Shown here: in pieces, positions 40,630 to 50,797 of the stretch
Numbering within the stretch: the stretch's first letter is position 1
Layout: every line of letters starts with the position of its first letter
Assembly: GCA_965370045.1 (NCBI GenBank)
Contig: CBDUSI010000006.1
Coordinates: 3,968-67,967, forward strand
DNA: 64,000 bases
Direction: 5' to 3'
Origin: an uncultured bacterium
GTDB lineage: Bacteria; Planctomycetota; SZUA-567; JAKLDR01
Translations under genes and position numbers: made by a program
The notes under the pieces: generated by a model
Databases searched by the model: none
Told to the model about the DNA's origin: nothing
The model's input: the letters and a program-made list of their open reading frames with translations, nothing else

Positions 40630-43065
40630 TCAGCCCTGCCCGCCGGCGGCGGCGTCGGGTTTCTCCGCCTTGCCGGCGCCTTTCTTGTCGTTCCTGCCGT
40701 TCTTCTCTTCTTTGGGAGCCGGCTCCAGGGCGGCGGCGAAGACCGGCCCGAGACGCTCGACGAAGGTAAAGGTCATGCCCTTGGCGACCTGCTCGGGGAT
40801 ATCCTTCCTGACCTCGCGCTCGTTGGCCCGGGGCAGGATCAGGTGCCTGACCTTCTCGCGGTGGGCGGCCAGGACCTTGGCCTTGATGCCCCCCACGGGC
40901 AGGACCTGTCCGCGCAGGGTGATCTCTCCGGTGATGCCCACGCGGCGGTCGACCTTGCGGCCGGTGAGCGCGCTGAGGATGGCCACGGCCATGGCCGTGC
41001 CGGCGCTGGGTCCGTCCTTGGGCACCGCCCCCTCAGGCACGTGGACGTGCAGATCGCGCGATGCAAAGAAGTCCGGCTCCAGGCCCAGCTTGGCGGCGTT
41101 GGCGCGAATGTAGGCCACCGCCGCGCTGGCCGACTCCTTCATGACCTCGCCGAGCTTGCCGGTGAGGCGCAGTTCGCCCTTGCCGGGCATGGCGCTGGCC
41201 TCCACGGTCATCACCCGGCCGCCGTGCTCGGTCCAGGCCAGGGCGGTGGCCGCGCCCACCGCGCTGCCCTCCTCCACGGCGAGCTGGCGGTAGTCGGGCA
41301 GGCCCAGGTAGCGCGAGAGGTTGCGGGGGGTGAGGCGCAGGGCCCGGCCGCGACGCTCCACGATGCGCCGGGCGCACTTGCGGCACAGCGCAGCGAGGTG
41401 CTTGTCGAGGTTGCGCACCCCGGCCTCAGAGGTGTACTCGCGGATGATCTCCACCAGCGCGGCGTCCGTGATGGTCAGCTGCTTGCGGCTCAGGCCGTGC
41501 TCCACGCGGTTCCGGGGGATGAGGTGCCGCTTGGCGATCTGGCGCTTCTCCTCCTCCGTGTAGCCCGGCAGGCGGATGACCTCGGTGCGGTCAAGAAGCA
41601 CCGCGGGGATGGCCGCCTCCATGTTGCAGGTGGTGATGAAGAACACTTCGGACAGGTCAAACTCGATTTCCAGGTAGTGGTCGCTGAAGTGACTGTTCTC
41701 GTCGGGATCCAGCACCTCCAGCAGCGCGCTGGTCGGGTCGCCGCGGAAGTCCGCGCCGAGCTTGTCGATCTCGTCGAGCAGGAAGACCGGGTTGCGACTC
41801 CCGGCCTTGCGCAGACCCTGGATGATGCGCCCCGGCAGCGCGCCGATATAGGTGCGTCGGTGCCCGCGGATCTCGGCCTCGTCGCGCACCCCGCCGAGCG
41901 AGGCCTTGACGAACTTGCGACCCAGCGCCGCGGCCACCCCGCGAGCCAGACTGGTCTTGCCCACGCCCGGGGGCCCGGCCAGGCACAGGATCGGCCCCTT
42001 CTGGCGCTTGGCCATCTGCAACACCGCCAGGTACTCGATGATCCGCTCTTTCGGCTCGGCCAGCCCGTAGTGCCCCTTGTCCAGGAGCTTGGCGGCCTCG
42101 CGCAGGTCGGAGCGGTCCTCGGTGCGCGCCTTCCAGGGCACGGAGATTATCCAGTCGACGTAGTTGAGGCTCACCGTGGCCTGGGGACTCTCCGCGGGGG
42201 TCTGGGCCAGGCGATCGAGCTCCTTGGTGGCGACCTTGCGAGCCTCCTCGGTAAGCTCGGCGGCCTCGACCTTCTCGCGCAGCTCCTCGACGGGGTCCAG
42301 GACGCCCTTCTTCTCGCCGAGCTGGCTCTCGATGATCTTCTTCTGCTCGCGCAGGAAGAAGTCCTTCTGCATATGGGAAGCCCGCTCGCGGACCTTCTCG
42401 TCGATGTCTTTCTTGAGCTCCAGCACCTTGATCTCGCTGGCCAGCACGGCGTTGAGCTTCTCCAGGCGCTTTACGGAGTCGAGCTCGGCCAGGAACACCT
42501 GCTTCCGCTCGACCGGCAGGACCACGTAGGCGGACACCGAGTCTGCGAACTTGCCGTACTCGGAAATGCCCTTGACCACCGAGGCCACCGCGTCGGGGAT
42601 GGCCGGGCTGAGCCTGACGTAGTTCTCGAACTGCTCGGCCACCGAACGCATCAGGGCCTGCTGGGTGCGATTGGGCTCGATCTGGTCGGTGACGGTAACC
42701 ACCTTCACCGTGGAGCACTCGTCGCCGGGCAAGTGCTTCTGGACCTTCGCGCGGCTGAGCACCTCCACCAGTATCTTCTGGCTGCCGTCGGGCAGGGCCA
42801 TGGCCTGGACCACGCGCCCGACCACCCCCACGTCGAAAAGGTCCTCGGGGGACGGATCGTCGGTCTCCACCTCCTTCTGGGTGACCATGAATATCAGCGA
42901 GTCGCCGTTCTCGGCCCGGCGCAGGGCCTCCAGGCTCCTGGGGCGGCCGACCATCAGCGGCGCGAACATGTGCGGGAAGAGCACCGTATCGCGGAGCGGC
43001 ACGCCCGGCAGTTCGGCGGGCTCACCCTCCTGATAGTGCTTGCCGTGCGGCTTGTTGGTGGCCAT
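40630..43065 (-). CDS. lon: ATP-dependent Lon protease
   Basis: LON N-domain, then GPPGVGKTSLA (Walker A), FLLDEIDK (Walker B) and PKDGPSAGTAM (catalytic Ser). ATG at 43065. The track extension to 43884 is spurious. Confidence 0.97.
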   Translation of the reverse strand: MATNKPHGKHYQEGEPAELPGVPLRDTVLFPHMFAPLMVGRPRSLEALRRAENGDSLIFMVTQKEVETDDPSPEDLFDVGVVGRVVQAMALPDGSQKILVEVLSRAKVQKHLPGDECSTVKVVTVTDQIEPNRTQQALMRSVAEQFENYVRLSPAIPDAVASVVKGISEYGKFADSVSAYVVLPVERKQVFLAELDSVKRLEKLNAVLASEIKVLELKKDIDEKVRERASHMQKDFFLREQKKIIESQLGEKKGVLDPVEELREKVEAAELTEEARKVATKELDRLAQTPAESPQATVSLNYVDWIISVPWKARTEDRSDLREAAKLLDKGHYGLAEPKERIIEYLAVLQMAKRQKGPILCLAGPPGVGKTSLARGVAAALGRKFVKASLGGVRDEAEIRGHRRTYIGALPGRIIQGLRKAGSRNPVFLLDEIDKLGADFRGDPTSALLEVLDPDENSHFSDHYLEIEFDLSEVFFITTCNMEAAIPAVLLDRTEVIRLPGYTEEEKRQIAKRHLIPRNRVEHGLSRKQLTITDAALVEIIREYTSEAGVRNLDKHLAALCRKCARRIVERRGRALRLTPRNLSRYLGLPDYRQLAVEEGSAVGAATALAWTEHGGRVMTVEASAMPGKGELRLTGKLGEVMKESASAAVAYIRANAAKLGLEPDFFASRDLHVHVPEGAVPKDGPSAGTAMAVAILSALTGRKVDRRVGITGEITLRGQVLPVGGIKAKVLAAHREKVRHLILPRANEREVRKDIPEQVAKGMTFTFVERLGPVFAAALEPAPKEEKNGRNDKKGAGKAEKPDAAAGGQG

Positions 43066-43102
43066 TGGCCCTTCCCGCTGTTGTGAGAATCCCCCGGGGC
43101 GT

Positions 43103-43130
43103 ATTCTACGGGCGCGGGGCGCGAGGTCAA
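43103..43130 (-). promoter_or_regulatory. Putative lon promoter (TTGACC-N16-TAGAAT, minus strand)
   Basis: The complement of 43125-43130 is TTGACC and that of 43103-43108 is TAGAAT. Confidence 0.45.
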
Positions 43131-43189
43131 ATGGCCCCGGGACCGCCGCGCCGCCCTTCCCTCCCCCAATTTCGCCCGAAACCGCCGTA

Positions 43190-43218
43190 TTGACACCCGC
43201 CGCAGAATGAGGTATGCT
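43190..43218 (+). promoter_or_regulatory. Putative promoter TTGACA-N17-TATGCT
   Basis: TTGACA at 43190-43195 and TATGCT at 43213-43218. A GGGAGGG SD and GTG at 43247 lie downstream. Confidence 0.45.
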
Positions 43219-43246
43219 ATATAATAGAGCCAGGGAGGGACAACGC

Positions 43247-43924
43247 GTGGCGATCACGCCTCTCGCCATCAATAACCCCACGATGGGGTTCCGCCTCGAT
43301 CCCGGTGAGCCGGGCATGCTCCGCCGCGGCCGGGCCAGCGAGGCCACGTTGCTGGTCACCAGCCAGGAACACCGTAACCTCGTGCGCCTCAAGTCCGAGG
43401 CGATGCGCGAGGGCCGGGTGATCATCCACGCGGGCATCCAGTTCGGCCGGGCCTTCCAGGGGCCATTCCTGACCACCACCAACGGCCTGACCACGGTGAT
43501 CAGCCGCGCCGCGCGGCCCAGCGTGTTCGAGTCCGAGGCTGAACGCGCAGTTGCCGGGCAAGCCCAGCAGCCCGTCGAGCCCTTGGGCGCGGGACTCGAG
43601 ATCCCCCAGGACGAACAGGCGCCAGTCCCGGCCGCCGCGCCGGGGGGCGAGCGCATCCTGGCCGAGGAGGAGAACCGCCTGCGCGCCGAGCTCCGCCGGC
43701 TGGAGTCACCCGGATTCGGCGAGCCGGCCGGGCCCCTGACCTTCGAGGGAGAGGCTCCCCAACGTGCGGGGGACGATCCCCTGCGTCCCCTGGAGGACGC
43801 CGCCACCCGGCGCGCCGGCCGCCAGCGCGAAGGCCAGACCAGCGAGGTGGAGGGCGAGCTGCGCAGGTTGCAGTTCGCGCGCATGATGAGAAAGCTTGCC
43901 GGCTCCCTGGCCGCTTCGGCTTAG
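43247..43924 (+). CDS. Hypothetical protein
   Basis: GGGAGGG SD, 7 nt, GTG at 43247. Coding-like N-terminal domain with a low-complexity acidic/Pro tail. Confidence 0.55.
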   Translation: MAITPLAINNPTMGFRLDPGEPGMLRRGRASEATLLVTSQEHRNLVRLKSEAMREGRVIIHAGIQFGRAFQGPFLTTTNGLTTVISRAARPSVFESEAERAVAGQAQQPVEPLGAGLEIPQDEQAPVPAAAPGGERILAEEENRLRAELRRLESPGFGEPAGPLTFEGEAPQRAGDDPLRPLEDAATRRAGRQREGQTSEVEGELRRLQFARMMRKLAGSLAASA

Positions 43925-43938
43925 CTTGTGAGCCCGCG

Positions 43939-45150
43939 TTGAGCACCGATCCCGACAAGCTGGCAATAGAAGGCGGCGACCCAGCACGCGAGGAGTATCT
44001 CCCTTACGGCCTCCACTCCGTGACCGACGATGACGTCGAGGCCGTAACCCGCGTCCTCCGCGGGAAGTGGCTGACTACCGGGCCGGACATAGAGAAGTTC
44101 GAGATTGCCCTGGCCGCCCAGGTCGGCGCATCCTCCGCCGCGGCGGTCTCCAGCGGCACCGCCGCGCTGCACCTGGCCTATCTGGCCGCGGGCATAGGTC
44201 CCGGCGACGAGGTTATAACCTCCCCGTTGACCTTCGCGGCCACCGCCAACGCGGCGCTGTATGCCGGCGCGAAGCCGGTCTTCGCCGACGTGGACGAGGC
44301 CACGCTCAACCTCTCCCCCGCGGCCGCGGAAGCGGCCATTACCGACAAGACCAAAGCTATCGTCCCGGTGCACTACACCGGCCGAAGCTGCCAGATGAGC
44401 GAGTTCCGCGCGCTGTGTGATGAGCACAATCTCCTGCTGATTGAGGACGCCTCCCACGCGCTGGGGGCCATGTACAAGGGCAGGCCGGTAGGTTCGGGCC
44501 CCGCGGACCTGGCCACCTGGAGCTTTCACCCGGTAAAGCATGTGGCCGCTGGCGAGGGCGGCGCGGTGACCTCGCCCACTGATGATGCGAGAGTCGAGAT
44601 GGTCCGCCGGCTGCGCAACCACGGCATCAACCGCGACGCCCGGGACCGCTTCGGGCCTCAGGCCGGCTGGGCCTACGAGATCGAACATCTGGGCTTCAAC
44701 TACCGGCTGACGGACATCGCTGCGGCGCTGGCGGCGAGCCAGCTTAAGCGCCTCGACGATAACCTGGCCCGCCGCCGGGAACTCGCCGCGCTTTATGCCG
44801 ACAAGCTCTCGCGCTTCGAGGAGCTGCGCCTGCCGCCCGCCGACGACGCCGAGCACCTCAGCGCCTGGCACCTGTATGTGGTCCGGCTGCGACTGGAAAA
44901 GCTCTCCGCCGGCCGCGCGGAGGTCTTCGCCGCCCTGCGCGCGGAGAACATCGGCGTCAACGTCCACTACATCCCCGTCCACTGGCACCCGCTGTACCAG
45001 TCACGGGGCTACGCGCGGGGCATAACCCCCACGGCCGAAAAGGCTTATGAAGAGCTGCTGACCCTGCCCCTTTTCGGGGTTATGACCGATGCGGACGCAA
45101 CCGATGTAATAAGGGCGCTGGAGAAGGTGCTGGTCCGCCACAAGAAGTAA
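43939..45150 (+). CDS. pseC: DegT/DnrJ/EryC1 aminotransferase, PseC-like (UDP-4-amino-4,6-dideoxy-N-acetyl-beta-L-altrosamine transaminase)
   Basis: LPYGLHSVTDDDVEAVTRVLRGKWLTTGPDIEKFE..AVSSGTAALHLA..SFHPVKHV (PLP Lys)..FNYRLTDI. Confidence 0.82.
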   Translation: MSTDPDKLAIEGGDPAREEYLPYGLHSVTDDDVEAVTRVLRGKWLTTGPDIEKFEIALAAQVGASSAAAVSSGTAALHLAYLAAGIGPGDEVITSPLTFAATANAALYAGAKPVFADVDEATLNLSPAAAEAAITDKTKAIVPVHYTGRSCQMSEFRALCDEHNLLLIEDASHALGAMYKGRPVGSGPADLATWSFHPVKHVAAGEGGAVTSPTDDARVEMVRRLRNHGINRDARDRFGPQAGWAYEIEHLGFNYRLTDIAAALAASQLKRLDDNLARRRELAALYADKLSRFEELRLPPADDAEHLSAWHLYVVRLRLEKLSAGRAEVFAALRAENIGVNVHYIPVHWHPLYQSRGYARGITPTAEKAYEELLTLPLFGVMTDADATDVIRALEKVLVRHKK

Positions 45151-45169
45151 ATCACGGTCAAGGAAGCGC

Positions 45170-46573
45170 ATGCGCGTACTCCTCATCAACCCCCTGGTTC
45201 GCGAGTGGGCTAAGCCTAATTGCGTGCCCCTGGGACTCTGCTACATCGCCGCCTGCATGCAGCGCGAGGGTGTCGATGTGGAGATATACGACATCAACGC
45301 CCTGCGCCCCTCGACCGAGGAAATCACGAAACACATCGCCGAGGCGGATTACGATTGGGCCGGCATCGGCGGGATCATCACCACTTACCGCTACGTCAAG
45401 TGGCTGGTGGAAATCCTCAAGGAGGCGCACCCCGACAAACCCGTGGTCGTGGGCGGCGCCTTGGGCAGCTCGGTAACCGAGACTCTCCTGACCCGCACGC
45501 GGGCGGACATCGCCGCGCTGGGCGAGGGCGAGGCCACCGTCGTGGATCTCTGCCGGGCCCTGGAGTCCGGCGCGGACCTCTCCGCAGTCAAGGGCATCGC
45601 CCGTAAAGCGGACGGGGCGGTCCGTGTCAACGAGCGGCAGGCGATAATCGCCGATCTCGACGCCCTCCCCCACCCCGCTCGCGAACTGGTGCCCATGGAC
45701 GTTTACCTCGCGAACCCGGTGGGCGCTCCCAATCGCAACAAGTGGGCCGATGGCGCCGCCGTCGAGGAGGTGCTGACCACCAACTTGGTGGCGACCCGCG
45801 GCTGCCCCTACAAGTGCATCTACTGCTATCACGACTTCCTGGGCTACAAGTACCGCACGCGCAGCCCGGAGAACGTCGTCGGGGAGATGAAGGCGGTCCG
45901 CGAGGCCTACGGTGTCGGCTACTTCCACTTCATCGACGACGAGTTCATGCTCAAGCGCTCCTTCGTCAACAGCTTCTGCGACAGGATGAAAGAGTGGAAC
46001 GCCGGCGTCACCTGGGGCTGCACCGGACGCGTCAACCTGGTCGAAGAGAAGGTCCTGACCGCCATGCGCGAGGCCGGCTGCGTGCACGTCAACTACGGCA
46101 TCGAGTCCGGCTCGCAGAAGATGCTGGACCTCATGAAGAAACAGGTCAAGGTCGAGGAGGCCCTGCGCGCCCTGGAGGTGACCAGGAAGGTCTTCGGCGA
46201 GACGGACATCTCCCTGATGGTCGGCCTGCCCGGCGAGACGGAAGACACCATTGCCGAAACCGTGGAATTCTGCAAGCGCGCCGACGTCGCCCCCCAGGTG
46301 ATCTTCTTCGCCACGCCCTACCCCGGCACCGAACTCTACGGTATGGCCCGCGCGGCGGGCCGCATCCCCGACGAGGAGGAGTACGTCCTGGGCCTTGCCG
46401 AGCAGGGGGAAAAGATCGCCTGCAACATGTCGGAAGTCCCCGACGACGAGCTGCGCCGCCTGCGCGACGCGGCCGTCGAGGAACTCGGCGCCTGGAACAG
46501 GCAGCGCCACGCCGGCGACGGAGCCGCTTCGGTGCCCGGCGAGGGAGGAGAACAATGCGCGTCGCAGCAGTGA
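45170..46573 (+). CDS. B12-binding-domain radical SAM enzyme (class B, methyltransferase-like)
   Basis: N-terminal cobalamin-binding-like Rossmann region, then ATRGCPYKCIYCYH (CxxxCxxC) and GIESGSQKML. Confidence 0.85.
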   Translation: MRVLLINPLVREWAKPNCVPLGLCYIAACMQREGVDVEIYDINALRPSTEEITKHIAEADYDWAGIGGIITTYRYVKWLVEILKEAHPDKPVVVGGALGSSVTETLLTRTRADIAALGEGEATVVDLCRALESGADLSAVKGIARKADGAVRVNERQAIIADLDALPHPARELVPMDVYLANPVGAPNRNKWADGAAVEEVLTTNLVATRGCPYKCIYCYHDFLGYKYRTRSPENVVGEMKAVREAYGVGYFHFIDDEFMLKRSFVNSFCDRMKEWNAGVTWGCTGRVNLVEEKVLTAMREAGCVHVNYGIESGSQKMLDLMKKQVKVEEALRALEVTRKVFGETDISLMVGLPGETEDTIAETVEFCKRADVAPQVIFFATPYPGTELYGMARAAGRIPDEEEYVLGLAEQGEKIACNMSEVPDDELRRLRDAAVEELGAWNRQRHAGDGAASVPGEGGEQCASQQ

Positions 46574-47283
46574 TCCCCGCCCGGAAGGGCTCCAAGGGGC
46601 TGCCCGACAAGAACGCCCTGCGCGTCGCCGGGGTGCCCATGGTGGTCCGAGCCATCGGCGCGGTGCGCTCGGCCGGTCCGATGATCGCGAAGATACTGGT
46701 CTCCACCGACAGCCCGGAAATCGCCCGGGTCTCGATGGAGGCCGGCGCCACGGTCGTGGAGAGGCCCGAAGAGCTGGCCGGCGACACCGCCGGCGTGGAG
46801 GGCGCCGCGCGCCACGCGCTGCGCACGGTCTGGCCCGACGGGGACTGCCCCGAGTTCACGCTCATAGTCCAGCCCAACCTGCCGGTCTGGCAGCCGGGAA
46901 TCGTCGCCAAAGTCCTGGAGCGCCTGGCGAAGGACGACTGCACCGGCGCGGGGACCTGCCACATCGTTGACCAGCGCCCGGAGTGGATGAAGAAGCGCGA
47001 CGATGCCAGCCTGGCGGTTCCCTTCCTGCCCGCTGGGAGAATCGCCATCCGCCGGCAGGACCTCCCGGAGCTCTACTACTTCGACGGCGCGGTGCTGGGG
47101 ATGCGCACCGACGTGCTCATGGAAAGCGAGGGACAGCCGGTCAGCCACCTCTACTACATGGGCGAGAAGATCGCCCCCCTGCCCCGCCCGGAGGTCTACG
47201 GCATGGAGGTCCACGCCCCGGAGGACATCGTCCGGGCGGAGATCACTATCGCCTATCTCGAGAAGGTGGGTTACCCGCAGTAA
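46555..47283 (+). CDS. pseF: CMP-nonulosonic acid cytidylyltransferase (PseF/NeuA family)
   Basis: GAGGGAGGAG SD. MRVAAVIPARKGSKGLPDKN.. signature. Confidence 0.8.
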   Translation: MRVAAVIPARKGSKGLPDKNALRVAGVPMVVRAIGAVRSAGPMIAKILVSTDSPEIARVSMEAGATVVERPEELAGDTAGVEGAARHALRTVWPDGDCPEFTLIVQPNLPVWQPGIVAKVLERLAKDDCTGAGTCHIVDQRPEWMKKRDDASLAVPFLPAGRIAIRRQDLPELYYFDGAVLGMRTDVLMESEGQPVSHLYYMGEKIAPLPRPEVYGMEVHAPEDIVRAEITIAYLEKVGYPQ

Positions 47284-48293
47284 TGGCTGCGAAATCGCGC
47301 ACCGCAACTTTCCTCTTCGCCTTTGGCGAAACCTACGGCTTAGGGCATCTGCGTCGCTGCGAGGCATTGGCTGTTGAACTGTCGCATCGGGGTTGGAGCG
47401 TCGAAGGCATCCCTCACGGGGAAGGTTCGCAGAACACCTCTCTAGGGCACATCACCCTGTCACCGGCGTTCCCCGTTCGCCACGCTCCGGCATCTGCCGA
47501 TCTTGCCGTAGTGGACAGCTATTCCATGCCCTACTCCGAAAGATCGGCTTTGGGAGCAGACGGCACTAAGTTGCTCAGCTTCCATGACTCGCCTGTTGCC
47601 GACCCATCGGATCTCATTGTTGATATCAACTGTGGTGCCAATGCCGCGGCCTACGCCGGGGAAGGATGCGTAGGCCGAGTGCTGTGTGGCCCCGAGTACT
47701 TTCCGGTGCGCCCCGCGCTCGACAGGTTGACCCGAGAGTCGCGAGATAAGAACCGGCTGCTTTCTGCGACCACGCTTTTGGTCACCTTCGGAGGCAGCGA
47801 CCCGCATCACTTGGCGGAGAAAACACTACAGGAATTAGCCACAATTGGCACTCAGCTAGACATTCGCGTTGTGATCGGCGACCTTGGGAGTCAGACGCCT
47901 GAGCTTCAAGCAGCAGCAAATGCCCTCCCTAAAGTCGAGTTGGTGCCCCCTGGAACCGAGGTCGAGAAGCTCTTCGCTTGGGCAGACATGGCTATTTGCG
48001 CTGCTGGACTGACAAAATACGAACTTGCACTTCTCGGAGTACCAGCGCTAATTGTGGCCGCGTACGACAACCAAGCTGCTGTCGCCGAGACCTTCGCCGT
48101 GCGCGGCAGCGCCCTCTACCTGGGCCGCGCGGAGGAGCTCGTTACAGGCGCGTTGGCTCGGGCGGTGAACGACCTGGCGCTCGACTCCCAGACCCGCGCG
48201 GAGTTGAGCGCCGCCGGCAGAAAGCTGGTCGACGGCCGGGGCGCGGCGCGCATAGCGGACGAGATAGAAAAGCTGATGGAGGGGACCTCTTGA
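47283..48293 (+). CDS. pseG: UDP-2,4-diacetamido-2,4,6-trideoxy-beta-L-altropyranose hydrolase (PseG-like)
   Basis: TAATG coupling. FLFAFGETYGLGHLRRCEALAVELSHRG (GxGHxxRC). GT-B-like C-terminal half. Visibly lower GC over about 47300-48050. Confidence 0.72.
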   Translation: MAAKSRTATFLFAFGETYGLGHLRRCEALAVELSHRGWSVEGIPHGEGSQNTSLGHITLSPAFPVRHAPASADLAVVDSYSMPYSERSALGADGTKLLSFHDSPVADPSDLIVDINCGANAAAYAGEGCVGRVLCGPEYFPVRPALDRLTRESRDKNRLLSATTLLVTFGGSDPHHLAEKTLQELATIGTQLDIRVVIGDLGSQTPELQAAANALPKVELVPPGTEVEKLFAWADMAICAAGLTKYELALLGVPALIVAAYDNQAAVAETFAVRGSALYLGRAEELVTGALARAVNDLALDSQTRAELSAAGRKLVDGRGAARIADEIEKLMEGTS

Positions 48294-49345
48294 AGACCAT
48301 CCGAGTGGGCCGCAAGAGAATCGGCCCGGGTGAACCGGTATTCGTTATCGCCGAGGCCGGAGCCAACCACAACCGCTCGATCAAGACCGCGCGCGCGCTC
48401 ATCGACGCCGCCGTCCGCGCGGGCGCCGACGCCGTCAAGTTCCAGACCTACTCCGCGGAAAAGATGTACTCCCGGTACACGCCGGCCATCGGCTACATCA
48501 AGAAAGGCAAGCTCTCCCGCAAGGGCGAATCCATCCGCGACCTGATAGAGCGTATTGAAATGCCCCGCGACTGGCTGAAGCGCCTGGCGGACTACTGCCG
48601 CAGGAAGAAGATCATCTTCCTCTCCACGCCCTTCGACGTGGTGGCCGTCGACGAGTTGGCCAAGGTGGGCATGCCCGCCTTCCAGATCGCCAGCTTCGAG
48701 AACAACCCCCTTCCGCTCATTAAGCACGCCGCGCGAAAGAAGAAGCCGCTGCTCCTCTCCACCGGAATGGCCGACCTGACCGACATCGAGACGGCCATCG
48801 CCGCCGCGGCCTCGGCCGGCAACCGTCAACTGGCCCTCTTTCATTGCGCCATCAACTACCCGCCGGCGTTCAAGGACATCAACCTCCGGGCCATGGAGAC
48901 CATGCGCCTGGCCTTCGACCTGCCGGTGGGCTTCAGCGACCACACCCTGGGACACACCGTCCCGGTGGCCGCGGTGGCCCTCGGCGCGCGCATGATAGAG
49001 AAGCACTTCACGCTGAGCCGCAAGCTTAAGGGGCCTGATCACCCCTTCGCCCTCGAGCCCGACGAGCTGGCTGATATGATCCGGGCGGTACGCGAGACCG
49101 AAGCGGCCCTGGGGTCGAGCATCAAGCGGCGCACCCCCGCCGAGGCGGAGCTGTACAAGAAGGCCCGCCGGGGGCTGGTCGCCGCCTGCGAGATTCCAAA
49201 GGGCAAGCGCATCACCAGCAAGATGCTGGAGGTCAAGCGCCCCGGCTACGGGATAAGCCCGGTGGACATGAGCAAGGTCGTAGGCCGACGGGCGCGGCGC
49301 GACCTCCGCGAGGACGAGATCCTCACCTGGGAGATGCTGGATTGA
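48290..49345 (+). CDS. pseI: Nonulosonic acid synthase (PseI/NeuB/LegI family) with a C-terminal SAF domain
   Basis: TTG at 48290 after GGAGGGG. PVFVIAEAGANHN..AGADAVKFQT..STGMA..FHC...YP..GFSDHT. Confidence 0.85.
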   Translation: MKTIRVGRKRIGPGEPVFVIAEAGANHNRSIKTARALIDAAVRAGADAVKFQTYSAEKMYSRYTPAIGYIKKGKLSRKGESIRDLIERIEMPRDWLKRLADYCRRKKIIFLSTPFDVVAVDELAKVGMPAFQIASFENNPLPLIKHAARKKKPLLLSTGMADLTDIETAIAAAASAGNRQLALFHCAINYPPAFKDINLRAMETMRLAFDLPVGFSDHTLGHTVPVAAVALGARMIEKHFTLSRKLKGPDHPFALEPDELADMIRAVRETEAALGSSIKRRTPAEAELYKKARRGLVAACEIPKGKRITSKMLEVKRPGYGISPVDMSKVVGRRARRDLREDEILTWEMLD

Positions 49346-49863
49346 ACGGCCCGCGCCTGGAGGGCGAGCGACTGGTCCTGCGTCCCATCGAGTCGAAGGA
49401 CAACCGCCGCATCCGCGAGTGGCGCAACGCGCCGGGCGTGCACCACAACCTGTTCACCGAGGAGGAGACCACCCCCGAGCGACAGGATATCTGGTATCGG
49501 ACTTATCTGCTGGACCCCGCCCAGGTTCGCTTCGTCATCGAAACCAAAGCCCTGGGTCCGCTGGGCTGCTGCGGGTTCACGGACAAACGAGAGGGTGAGA
49601 GCAGCGCCAATCTCTCGATATTCGTCGGCGAGCCCGCGGCCAGAGGCAAGGGCCTGGCTCGCGAGGCGCTGGACCTGCTGCTCGACTATGGCTTCAACCA
49701 GTGGGAGTTGGCCCGGGTGATCGCCGAAATGTTCGCGGACAACGAGCCCGCGCGGCGGCTGTACGAACGGGTAGGTTTCCAGGAACTTGGGCCGGGCGAG
49801 CCGCGCCGCGGGCGCGACGTGACCCTCATGCAGCTCGACAAGTCCGCGTGGAGTGAATCGTGA
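49342..49863 (+). CDS. GNAT N-acetyltransferase (PseH-like position in the cluster)
   Basis: LVLRPIESKDNRRIREWRN..IFVGEPAARGKGLAREAL..RLYERVGF. Confidence 0.7.
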   Translation: MNGPRLEGERLVLRPIESKDNRRIREWRNAPGVHHNLFTEEETTPERQDIWYRTYLLDPAQVRFVIETKALGPLGCCGFTDKREGESSANLSIFVGEPAARGKGLAREALDLLLDYGFNQWELARVIAEMFADNEPARRLYERVGFQELGPGEPRRGRDVTLMQLDKSAWSES

Positions 49864-50795
49864 GCCTCGTCCTGGTCGGCGGCGTCGAGGTCAGCCGGCG
49901 GTGCTTCGAAGCGCTGGCCGACGACGGAGTGCCCATCGCCCTGGCGATCGGCTATCCGCAGAGCCTGTCCGAGCGCGCCGGGTATGTCTCCATCAAGCCA
50001 ACCGCAGAGAAATATGGCGTCCGGCTGCTTGAAACCGAGGACGTCAACGCGCCCCAAGTGGCGAAAGCCATCCGCGCTTCGGGCGGCACGCTGCTGCTGG
50101 TCACCGGCTGGTCGCAACTCTTGAAAAAACCGCTCCTGGAGCTGTGCCATCTCGGCGCCGTCGGGATGCACCCCACCAGGCTCCCCGAAGGCCGCGGCCG
50201 CGCGCCGATCCCCTGGACGCTGATCAAGGGACTCGAGAGCAGCGCCGTTACCATCTTTCATCTCACCGAGGGCGTCGACGACGGCGATATCGTCGGCCAG
50301 ATCGAGTTCGCAATCTCCCGGGAAGACGACGCCGCCAGCCTGTACGAGAAGATATGCGGCGTTTACGTGGGACTCGTCCGCGAATACGTGCCCAGGCTGT
50401 TGGCCGGCACCGCCCCGCGCATTCCCCAAGACCACTCCCGAGCCACCTGCTGGCCGCGCCGCCGTCCGGCCGACGGGCTCATCGACTGGTCGAAGTCCGC
50501 CGGCGAACTCCACAACTGGGTCCGCGGCCTGACCCACCCCTACCCCGGCGCCTTTACCACGCTGAGAAACCAGCGCGTTCACCTGTGGCGCGCCACGCCC
50601 CAGGAAGGCGCGGACGGTCTCGGCGGTCGTCCCGGGGAGGTCGTCGGCAACAACCCGACGGGCATGCTGGTCGCCTGTGGATCCGGCGAACGACTGCTCG
50701 TCGAGCGGGTTTCAATAGATGGCGAGGAAATGGACGCCCCTGCGGCCGTATCGTCCGGCAAGCTGGCCGTCGGGGACGTTTTGGGAGGAGAGTAG
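49860..50795 (+). CDS. Formyltransferase family protein (Fmt / ArnA-N-like)
   Basis: LLLVTGWSQLLKKPLLE..GAVGMHPTRLPEGRGRAPIPWTLI..IFHLTEGVDDGDIV.. plus a C-terminal Fmt_C-like domain. Confidence 0.8.
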   Translation: MSLVLVGGVEVSRRCFEALADDGVPIALAIGYPQSLSERAGYVSIKPTAEKYGVRLLETEDVNAPQVAKAIRASGGTLLLVTGWSQLLKKPLLELCHLGAVGMHPTRLPEGRGRAPIPWTLIKGLESSAVTIFHLTEGVDDGDIVGQIEFAISREDDAASLYEKICGVYVGLVREYVPRLLAGTAPRIPQDHSRATCWPRRRPADGLIDWSKSAGELHNWVRGLTHPYPGAFTTLRNQRVHLWRATPQEGADGLGGRPGEVVGNNPTGMLVACGSGERLLVERVSIDGEEMDAPAAVSSGKLAVGDVLGGE

Positions 50796-50797
50796 CG